Below, one piece after another: positions 25,535 to 33,407 of a DNA stretch of 53,887 nt (position 1 is the stretch's first letter; each line of letters starts with the position of its first letter). The stretch is taken from the NCBI GenBank assembly GCA_035290345.1, contig DATDUP010000006.1, positions 1 to 53,887 on the forward strand. The letters run 5' to 3'. The DNA is from Patescibacteria group bacterium. Its GTDB lineage: Bacteria; Patescibacteriota; Patescibacteriia; Magasanikbacterales; UBA922. The notes beneath the pieces are model-generated. The model was not told the DNA's origin and did not search any database. It was given only the letters and a program-made list of their open reading frames with translations. The translations under genes were made by a program, and so were the position numbers.

Positions 25535-26914
25535 TTATAGGGTTTGTTGAATTAATTGGGCCGCGTATTTCACTAAAGCGGCATCCCGATCCAATTTTTT
25601 CTTATCCGTACCACCAAAGGGCTGAAGGTAACTATGTAACATATCCTTGATCGCCTTTTCAGCCGCGACCGAATCCCGACCCCGATACCAATTTTTAGAT
25701 TGCAAGAGATATTCAGTAAACGGTGCTAGCACCAAATCCTGGCGTTGCTCTTCCACCTGAGAACGGACTGGGCTGGGTTGTCTAACCGCTTCGGTATATT
25801 TTTTGATATTCTCCTTACTAGTGATGAACTTGATAAAATCCCAGGCTTCATTAGCGTTCTTACTCTTACGCGAGACTGTCTCCACCCAATAATTAGCAAT
25901 ATTTACCGGCGCGCTACTATTGAGTTGGGGTATGGGCAAAATTTCCACATCCATTTGTGGCGCTCGCGCTTTTATCCGCTGGTAATCATAAGAGAAACCA
26001 AAGTAAAAAGTCAGTTTACCTCGAGCAAAAGCCTGAAGAGCGTCCTCATTAGACTCATTCCAACAATAAACTTCTTTGGTGGGCTGGGCAAAATCTGTAT
26101 AAAACCTTAAGGCGGCCAAGGTAGCATTATTCTCTTGTGGTTTATCCAAACCAGCGGTAAAGGCCACCCGATTACCCTCGGTCATTTTCACCCCACTCTG
26201 CAACATGAATAAAGACAAAAGATCAAAAGCCCGAGGAATATTATTCCCTGTTCCCAAAGCCACCCCGGATTGGACAACATTTCCCTGAGCGTCAAACTTG
26301 GTGGTCGCCTTGACTGCTTCCATAAAATCTTCCCAAGTCTGGGGTGGTTCAGGAATGTTAGCTTGATCCAAAAGTTCTTTATTGTAATACAGAGCTAAAG
26401 TATCGACAGACAGAGGAAGACCAATAATTTGACCGTTAACAATGGCGTCTTCGTAGACAGTAGTAATAAAATTAGACTTAATCGCCGCTGGTGTCGGCAT
26501 TTTTACTTCGATCGGAGTCACGATGGTTTCTTTCGCATATTTCCCCTTGATCTGCACATCTGCTACTTTGACACTGGCTGGCATGTCCGCTAGTCGATTA
26601 AGATATTTACGGATATCTTTCACATTTACCGAGATAATATCCGGCGACACATCGTCAGCCAAGGCATTCAAAAGTAAGGTGTCAAATTCTTCATAACCCA
26701 CCTTACGAATATCAACGGTCACATACGGCCGCATCTTTTTATATTCTTCTGCCATTTGTTCCAAGATGCCGATATCATTGGTGATCGTCCAGTATTTCAA
26801 AGTTACTGGTTTGATTGCGGCCTGTTCTTCGGCTGACAATCCTTTACAACCAAAGCCACTGATTAACAAAACAACTGCGGCCAGAAGGGAAAATAATTGT
26901 TTGGTTTTTTTCAT
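25535..26914 (-). CDS. ABC-transporter extracellular solute-binding lipoprotein (sugar-type, family 1-like)
   Basis: MKKTKQLFSLLAAVVLLISGFGC (lipobox-like) followed by a typical SBP sequence of about 440 aa. I prefer the internal ATG at 26914. No permease or ATPase gene is adjacent. Confidence 0.7.
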   Translation of the reverse strand: MKKTKQLFSLLAAVVLLISGFGCKGLSAEEQAAIKPVTLKYWTITNDIGILEQMAEEYKKMRPYVTVDIRKVGYEEFDTLLLNALADDVSPDIISVNVKDIRKYLNRLADMPASVKVADVQIKGKYAKETIVTPIEVKMPTPAAIKSNFITTVYEDAIVNGQIIGLPLSVDTLALYYNKELLDQANIPEPPQTWEDFMEAVKATTKFDAQGNVVQSGVALGTGNNIPRAFDLLSLFMLQSGVKMTEGNRVAFTAGLDKPQENNATLAALRFYTDFAQPTKEVYCWNESNEDALQAFARGKLTFYFGFSYDYQRIKARAPQMDVEILPIPQLNSSAPVNIANYWVETVSRKSKNANEAWDFIKFITSKENIKKYTEAVRQPSPVRSQVEEQRQDLVLAPFTEYLLQSKNWYRGRDSVAAEKAIKDMLHSYLQPFGGTDKKKLDRDAALVKYAAQLIQQTL

Positions 26915-26921
26915 AGTCTTA

Positions 26922-27809
26922 TTATTTTTTGAAAGCTTCAAAGACAAAATTTACCACGACATAACTAGACAGGACCACAATCACCCCTAGACCGGTCTGC
27001 ACTAAAATTTTTTGGGCATGAGCTCTCTTATCTGGGCTACCGCCGGAAAACATCCAAATGATTCCGGCATAGACAAACATGACTAGAGCAATACTTCCTA
27101 ATAATTGTAAAATAGTCTTTATAATCTTCCCTAAAAGACCTTGCAAGGTCACTTTACCGCCGATTTGATTCAATTTACCCGCTCCTACTCCCAAAGAAAA
27201 CGGAGCAGAAGTAATGATCGTTGGCCCACCAGCGTCCCCAGCCTCATTACTCACTGGCGTCCCTCCATCCACATGCCAATTTACAGAAAAATTTTCACAA
27301 AGATTCTCCGTCCCTCCGGGTACTTCTATATCGGTAATCAGGGGCTTTAATCTGCTTTCACATTCTGCCGTCCACCAGTAAACAAAATCCTGGGCCTCTT
27401 TTTGCATTATTCCCCCGCACCCCGCCTCCTTACTTCCCTCTCGGACATAACATTGATAGCCAGTATACCCGTCACTGGCTGCCCGTAAACTGCATTGACT
27501 TACCAAAGTAGATGTTTCTTCTCCCTCGTTCAGATTGGGCATGCACACCCATTTGATATCCACCCCGATGATCAGGGCGGCTCTTACCTCGTCATTACTC
27601 TTACCTTCTTTCTGCATTTGTTCCACTTCTTGAATATTTTCCAAAAGCTTCTCTTTGGCCGTCTCAATCGGCAGTTCCGAACACACACAGTACTTTTCGG
27701 CTTGCACAAAAACAGGAAACAAAACAAAACCCAGGGCCAGAAACAAACTGGCCGCTCCTAAAAAAATCCATTTATTTAAAAGCTTCGAAAACAAAGGTGA
27801 CAATAACAT
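26922..27809 (-). CDS. Cys-rich N-terminal ectodomain fused to a C-terminal VirB2/TrbC-like hairpin, paralogue 12
   Basis: Signal peptide, then CVCSELPIETAKEK...VCMPN...QCSLRAA...YQCYVREGSKEAGCGG...AECES. Then YAGIIWMFSGGSPDKRAHAQKIL and a helix. The start overlaps paralogue 13 by 38 nt and is uncertain. Confidence 0.65.
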   Translation of the reverse strand: MLLSPLFSKLLNKWIFLGAASLFLALGFVLFPVFVQAEKYCVCSELPIETAKEKLLENIQEVEQMQKEGKSNDEVRAALIIGVDIKWVCMPNLNEGEETSTLVSQCSLRAASDGYTGYQCYVREGSKEAGCGGIMQKEAQDFVYWWTAECESRLKPLITDIEVPGGTENLCENFSVNWHVDGGTPVSNEAGDAGGPTIITSAPFSLGVGAGKLNQIGGKVTLQGLLGKIIKTILQLLGSIALVMFVYAGIIWMFSGGSPDKRAHAQKILVQTGLGVIVVLSSYVVVNFVFEAFKK

Positions 27810-28626
27810 AGCTGGCCAAAACGATAATTATTCCTAAAGCTGATTCTAATAAAATCTTCAAAGCCTTGCCCTGTTGATCTGATTTGCCGCCAGCGGTCAT
27901 CCATAATACCCCGGCATAGACAAAAACCACCAAAGCCACACTGCCTAATAATTGAAGAGCGATTTTAATCATCACCCCGATAAAGACCTGAATTTTCCTC
28001 TGGCTCCCACCCAAACCCAATTGATCAATTTTTTTCGCATTCGCACCAAAACTAAAATTGAAACCACTTGCTGCCGCCCCAGTACTCGTAGCTGCACCGG
28101 CTGTCCCCACAGTAGTACCTTTCAAATTTTTATAACTAAAATTGACACTAAGAAAATCACAGGGACTAATAAGTTCCGAAACTCCGTCCCCGGAATATTT
28201 TTGGTACGGTACTAATTTGTCACTGCACTCTACCTGGGCCCAAGCTGACAAATCCTTGGTATGAGCAATGGCCATCTCTTCGCAACTGGCGTATTTTTGC
28301 TCCACTTCACAGGTATAAGCGCTATAAGCACTATCACTGTGCAGTTGTTTGTTGCATTCGGCCAAAATCGTCGCTTTGTCCCCGCCCGTTACTCCCTCCA
28401 AACACACCGCCTGACTCTCCAGCTTTATTTCATCAATCTTAAAGGCCGGATCAGCCTGTTGTTTTGCCTTTAATTCCTCAAATATTCCAGCACTGGCGGC
28501 CTTAACTTGTTCGGTTGTTTCAGAGGCACAAACACACAGGTCAATTGCTCGCGCCACTGACCCAACAAAAAATAAACCCATGACAATTATCAGTCCAAAT
28601 AAAATTTTTTGTCCCCTTCCGGCCAT
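27772..28626 (-). CDS. Cys-rich N-terminal ectodomain fused to a C-terminal VirB2/TrbC-like hairpin, paralogue 13
   Basis: Signal peptide, then LCVCASETTEQVK...VCLEG...ECNKQ...YTCEVEQKYASCEE...VECSD, collinear with paralogue 12. Then YAGVLWMTAGGKSDQQGKALKIL and a helix. Confidence 0.7.
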   Translation of the reverse strand: MAGRGQKILFGLIIVMGLFFVGSVARAIDLCVCASETTEQVKAASAGIFEELKAKQQADPAFKIDEIKLESQAVCLEGVTGGDKATILAECNKQLHSDSAYSAYTCEVEQKYASCEEMAIAHTKDLSAWAQVECSDKLVPYQKYSGDGVSELISPCDFLSVNFSYKNLKGTTVGTAGAATSTGAAASGFNFSFGANAKKIDQLGLGGSQRKIQVFIGVMIKIALQLLGSVALVVFVYAGVLWMTAGGKSDQQGKALKILLESALGIIIVLASYVIVTFVFEAFK

Positions 28627-28633
28627 AAGATAA

Positions 28634-29479
28634 TTATTTCTTTCTGTTCCTTACCCGTTTTTGGTAAAAATGCTTAGTGGCTCGCATTAATTTTTCATCA
28701 TCGCCAGTGTCTAAAAACTTACCTCGATAAATATAAGCGTAGAATTCACCCTTCTGAGCCAGAGCATTAGCCGCATCCGCCATCCAGATCTCACCATCTT
28801 TGCCTTTTTGCTGTTGTTCTAGCGCTGACCAGATCTCCTTGGTAAAAACATAACGCATCCCTCCTACCACCAGATGATCCGGAGAAGCATTTTCTAGGGC
28901 TGGTTTTTCCACAAATTTCTCTACCCGGTAAGTCCGAGGGGCAACTAGACGACCATATACATTGCCATACCGAACCAAGTCCTCTTTATTCCTCAATTGC
29001 TGCACCCCAATTACCGGGGCGTGATATTTTTTATAAACTCGCAACAGTTGTTTGATGGCTGGAGTAGCCGAATCAATAATACTATCGCCCTCTGAACAGA
29101 CAAACGGATCGTCGCCAATCAATTCCTTGGCCATTAGTAGAGCATGGCCATTCCCCAAAGCTTCATTCTGGTAAGCATAGCTGATTTTCACTTTTCCCAA
29201 TAAGTCCACCAAGTGTTCAATCCGATGATACTTGTCTTTGGCTCTTAATGTTTCCTCATATTCCGGATTGCGGCTAAAATAATCCTCTATTAGTCTTTTT
29301 TCCTTATTTATTATAATAACCACTTCCTCCATTCCACTCCCCACTAATTCTTCTACCGTATACTGAAGAACCGGCTTATCCAAAACCGGCAACATTTCTT
29401 TGGGTAACACTTTAGTGACCGGCAAAAAACGCGTCCCCAAACCGGCCGCTAAAATTACTCCTTTGCGTATCTTCGACAT
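28634..29479 (-). CDS. galU: UTP--glucose-1-phosphate uridylyltransferase
   Basis: GVILAAGLGTRFLPVTKVLPKEMLPVLDKPVLQYTVEE is the canonical GalU N-terminus. Confidence 0.85.
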   Translation of the reverse strand: MSKIRKGVILAAGLGTRFLPVTKVLPKEMLPVLDKPVLQYTVEELVGSGMEEVVIIINKEKRLIEDYFSRNPEYEETLRAKDKYHRIEHLVDLLGKVKISYAYQNEALGNGHALLMAKELIGDDPFVCSEGDSIIDSATPAIKQLLRVYKKYHAPVIGVQQLRNKEDLVRYGNVYGRLVAPRTYRVEKFVEKPALENASPDHLVVGGMRYVFTKEIWSALEQQQKGKDGEIWMADAANALAQKGEFYAYIYRGKFLDTGDDEKLMRATKHFYQKRVRNRKK

Positions 29480-29537
29480 AACTAATTAACTGTTAATTGT
29501 GTATTCATTATAACAAGAAAACTCACTTTACCCAAGC

Positions 29538-30923
29538 CTAAAGAATCTCTTCCCAGCTGATTAATTCATAAGAATTACCTGTCGGAAAACCCGGGGGCGG
29601 ATAATACTTCAGATTACCATCATAACTGTGGTTGGTATTTTCGTAACCAGAAATCACATGCCCCCAACCGCTCACATATTTCCAGCCGCCGCCGGCAAAA
29701 GAAATCTGCGAACCAAAAATAGTCAGGGTGTCCTTAAGGTCACCGTCGTAGTAGGGACGATGCACTGCTCCGTATTGAGAAAGCATAGCAGCATTTATTT
29801 CCATAATATCCGGCGTCTCGTAAGGCACAATCACATTGCCCTGGGCCATCAGACCAATTACATCATCCGCTGCTTTTTCCTTGTAAGTCAGGTTGTTATT
29901 CACAATAATCGTCATGTAAGTTTCCTCTTGAACCGGAAACCGGCCGGCCGCAATGGTTATTCGTCCGTCCACCACCCCCTCAACCCAGACGTGGTCATCG
30001 CTAAAAATCATACCATTGGCCGGTAAATTATCAGTGGAAACAAAATCCTCGGTTTTGATGTCAAAACAATTTTGATCATAAACCCACCATTTTCCATGCT
30101 TTTCCCCCTGGCCGTTATAACAATCTCGGTTGTTCACCACATACAGATCATAAGTACCATCTTCGGCAAATACCAGATGCCAGCCTTCTTTTCCCGAAGT
30201 ATACAGATGCAAACCACCATCCTCATCCGCCGCCTCCATTATCTTAGACATGTCCCCACTCACCAAGTCAAAATCAATAGCCGGCACTGGATAGACCCAA
30301 AAAGATTTAGGTCCACCGCCTCCCCACACCCCGTCATGCCACTGGGTTAAATACTGATAACGATCCTTAGCGCTCTTTACCCAAGAGTCAGTCGTCCCAT
30401 CAAAGCGGATACCACCGTTGGAATGAACTGTGCCGTGTACTTCTGTGGTATAACTAAAATTCATGTTGGCATTAGACAAAAAAGTGTAATCCGCCCAAGA
30501 CGGGAATCCCACTCGTACTTGGATAGTGCGAGTAGTCGAGGGATTAACCACAGTCCAACCTGTAGAACGAACCACTACTACCGTACTCCCTGACAAAGGC
30601 GGATCAATATCTAAAGAAAAATACCCAATCAAATTCCCGTCTTTGTCTAAATACTCATGTTCATACGGCCCGGCTGATTCTTCCCCCTGGCCATCATAAT
30701 AATCAGTGGGGTTGTGGGCCAAATGCCAACGATAATAGTTGATACCTGCTTCGGCGATATGAAAGGCGATGTCTCGATCATATTTCCGGTTGGAAGCCTT
30801 GCTTTCAAACAAGGCATAACTAGTAATACCCAGGGTAATCATAGTAAAGGCGACCGTTCCAAAAACCAAAGCCATGACCAAAATGTTGCCTCGATTTTTC
30901 TTATTAGACACCAACCAACACAT
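29538..30923 (-). CDS. PilX-like / pilus-assembly minor component with N-terminal membrane anchor
   Basis: RGNILVMALVFGTVAFTMITLGITSYALF resembles a PilX_N-type anchor. A beta-rich domain of about 400 aa follows. It is translationally coupled to the pseudopilin upstream. Confidence 0.5.
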   Translation of the reverse strand: MCWLVSNKKNRGNILVMALVFGTVAFTMITLGITSYALFESKASNRKYDRDIAFHIAEAGINYYRWHLAHNPTDYYDGQGEESAGPYEHEYLDKDGNLIGYFSLDIDPPLSGSTVVVVRSTGWTVVNPSTTRTIQVRVGFPSWADYTFLSNANMNFSYTTEVHGTVHSNGGIRFDGTTDSWVKSAKDRYQYLTQWHDGVWGGGGPKSFWVYPVPAIDFDLVSGDMSKIMEAADEDGGLHLYTSGKEGWHLVFAEDGTYDLYVVNNRDCYNGQGEKHGKWWVYDQNCFDIKTEDFVSTDNLPANGMIFSDDHVWVEGVVDGRITIAAGRFPVQEETYMTIIVNNNLTYKEKAADDVIGLMAQGNVIVPYETPDIMEINAAMLSQYGAVHRPYYDGDLKDTLTIFGSQISFAGGGWKYVSGWGHVISGYENTNHSYDGNLKYYPPPGFPTGNSYELISWEEIL

Positions 30924-30924
30924 A

Positions 30925-31533
30925 TCAGGTTTGTTTAAGATTTCTAATCTGTACGAGAGTCTCCACTTGCAAAGGAACTGGTGTTTCGGTCGGATCTTTT
31001 TCTAGTTCTAGATGCAAACGCACTGACCGCACATTCGCCGCCTCAATCGGTTCAATCAGGGCGCCTTCACTACCAGTGTAATCTTCATCATAATATAGAA
31101 AAACTGGTTCATCTTTGGTTAAATTAACCACATCACTCGCTAAAATCTTCTCTGTTTCTTCTCCCTCATACGCCAGAGGGGTACCACTAGGTTTGATCAC
31201 TCCCATTTTAAAATCTGTACCAGCTAAATAAAAACGGACGCGTTCTCGATAAGCATCACCATCCACATTAGCATAAAGGACCAGGGTAGTTGAGGAGGCT
31301 GATTCCAAAGCAAAAGAACCAATATTAGAACTTTCCGCCCGACGAACGATGTCAACCACTTTTTGCAGAGCCTGCCGACCCTCGTTTTGGGTCTTTAGTT
31401 GCTCCCAGATAACGGCATTATAACGAAAAGAATAAATTACCAATGCAGTCAAACCGGAAACCAATAAAGAAACAATCGCAATAACAATAATTACCTCTAA
31501 AAGAGAGAACCCCAATTGTGATCTTTTCCTCAT
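30925..31533 (-). CDS. type IV pilin-like pseudopilin (prepilin-type N-terminal cleavage/methylation signal)
   Basis: MRKRSQLG|FSLLEVIIVIAIVSLLVSG is a class III signal peptide (G-F-x-L-L-E followed by a hydrophobic helix). Confidence 0.8.
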   Translation of the reverse strand: MRKRSQLGFSLLEVIIVIAIVSLLVSGLTALVIYSFRYNAVIWEQLKTQNEGRQALQKVVDIVRRAESSNIGSFALESASSTTLVLYANVDGDAYRERVRFYLAGTDFKMGVIKPSGTPLAYEGEETEKILASDVVNLTKDEPVFLYYDEDYTGSEGALIEPIEAANVRSVRLHLELEKDPTETPVPLQVETLVQIRNLKQT

Positions 31534-31534
31534 A

Positions 31535-33331
31535 TTAGGCTGGGGTAAGATTTACTGACAATAAAGTATTCCCTTCCACGGTGACGGTCGTAGCATATTC
31601 AGAATAGCCAACGCCAGTCACTATCAAAGAATACTCCTGGTTGCTCAAATTACCGAAATAGGCCTGGCCCGGGGGTGTGCAGGCATTAGTATAAGTTAGG
31701 GCCAGACTAGATATAGTGGGGGTGTAGGTCGTGGAAGCGGTGGATAAAAATAATTTATAACGAAAGTATTGATCACCGTCGTGAATTTCCGAAATAATAT
31801 TGTTAGTGGAATCGTAATAAGTAGATCCAGTGCCATCAGGACCCAGATAATTCCAAAACTCCGGGATCGTGGATGTGGCCGTAGCCACCTGCCAACGGAC
31901 CGCATCTGTTCCCACAGCTTCTGGCTGAGCCAAAGGTTCCCAAATTAAAGAACCATAGTTGGCTTCTGTACCTAAATCAAAAACCGAAGATTCAAGCTGA
32001 CCACCAGATACATAACCAGGCCACAATTCACTTAACTGAATATTCCCGGGATCAGCCATCACTTCGACTCGACCATCATCTGACCAGTACTTGGTTAAAT
32101 CCTCGGCCAATAGCTGTCCTGTCCCACCAGACCAATCGGTCTGGCTCTTGTGACCAACGCCAGTCAATTGACTAGAAGAATAGCCAATAGCTGACAAAAC
32201 AGCGGTGGCATTAGGTACGGCCTGACCAGTAATACTGTCCGTCACATGTACTAACAAAGAATGGCTGGTATTAGGTCCCAAAATTAGTTGCACCGGCTGA
32301 TCCACTCCTGGTAAAACCGCCACTGGTAATTGCGGAATGGTCCCCAACAAATCGTAATTATCACTGTCCAGACTATAAATGTCCCAAATCAAATTCAGCC
32401 GACTATACAGACCACCCCCGTCAGTATTCACAATTTCGTTAACTTTATAGATGTCCGGTTCTGTGCCAGACAATTTGGTTCCAATCAAACTGACCGGAAC
32501 ACTTGATTCAGATACACACAGGTTGTTAACGGTTGAGAGCAACAAAGAAGAAACTAAATCAATATTGAAACCAATTTCCGTCACCTCCTGGGCCACTACT
32601 GAGGCAGGTAATTTTGTGGGATGAGGATTTTCTTCCGAAGGAATAATCGTTTGGTCAGTGGTAAAATCATCTCCGTCTTTAGAAACACTGACTTGATAGG
32701 CTCCGATACCTTCGCCCAAATCTACCAGCCGCAACATTCCTTCGTTATCAGTCGTATCCCATAAATCAATCGCCGGATCAGTAGAGGTAGCCACCACATG
32801 CACATCCGCGCCCCCAACTGGTTGTCCCTGGGCATTCAGAACATTGATAAACAAGGCGCCATGATCCAGGCTCCCTTCCAAATTTTTCGGGGAAACAAAA
32901 GTGGTGGCAATCAAGGACTGCTTTTGACCACAAGTATCACAAATTACGGCTACCTCTACCAATTTATAATCAGCCGGAGCTATATCATTCGGAACCCCAC
33001 CGATTACACCGTCAAATTCATCGTCAATATTGCGGACAGTGCGAGTCAATGTAAAATCAATACCATTCCGAGTCGTGGTAGCGATGTGAGTCAAGACACC
33101 GCTTGGGCTACCATTAATAATTCCAACATCAACAAAACGTAAGTTACGAATTATTTCCAATTCTTCATTGAGAATCCCTGTTTCCACCACTCGCAACCGC
33201 GACTGATAAACTATTTTAAAAACAAACTGCAGGCCACCATAGATCCCGGCGGCAAAAATTACAAAAACCGCAATTGCTATCACTACTTCTAATAACGCAA
33301 AACCTCTGCTGTTTACAACTGCTTTTTTCAT
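31535..33331 (-). CDS. giant (598 aa) type IV pilin-like protein with prepilin-type signal
   Basis: MKKAVVNSRG|FALLEVVIAIAVFVIFAAG. Beta-rich segments resemble carboxypeptidase-regulatory/Ig-like folds (GGADVHVVATSTDP...NEGMLRL; SLIVTGVGYSEYATTVTVEG). Confidence 0.75.
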   Translation of the reverse strand: MKKAVVNSRGFALLEVVIAIAVFVIFAAGIYGGLQFVFKIVYQSRLRVVETGILNEELEIIRNLRFVDVGIINGSPSGVLTHIATTTRNGIDFTLTRTVRNIDDEFDGVIGGVPNDIAPADYKLVEVAVICDTCGQKQSLIATTFVSPKNLEGSLDHGALFINVLNAQGQPVGGADVHVVATSTDPAIDLWDTTDNEGMLRLVDLGEGIGAYQVSVSKDGDDFTTDQTIIPSEENPHPTKLPASVVAQEVTEIGFNIDLVSSLLLSTVNNLCVSESSVPVSLIGTKLSGTEPDIYKVNEIVNTDGGGLYSRLNLIWDIYSLDSDNYDLLGTIPQLPVAVLPGVDQPVQLILGPNTSHSLLVHVTDSITGQAVPNATAVLSAIGYSSSQLTGVGHKSQTDWSGGTGQLLAEDLTKYWSDDGRVEVMADPGNIQLSELWPGYVSGGQLESSVFDLGTEANYGSLIWEPLAQPEAVGTDAVRWQVATATSTIPEFWNYLGPDGTGSTYYDSTNNIISEIHDGDQYFRYKLFLSTASTTYTPTISSLALTYTNACTPPGQAYFGNLSNQEYSLIVTGVGYSEYATTVTVEGNTLLSVNLTPA

Positions 33332-33407
33332 GTGGTTATTATATCATAATACTTGACTTTTTTCTCTTAATAGGGCAATATAGCAGCACTTTTAACATTT
33401 ATTTTCT

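Noticed and set aside
18475-28626. Whether the pilin-like array marks a conjugative element or a type IV secretion system
   Set aside because: There is no VirB4/TraC ATPase, VirD4 coupling protein, VirB6/8/9/10, relaxase, oriT-like region or integrase in the flanking 15-25 kb. The flanks are galU, pseudopilins, GT2 and housekeeping genes.
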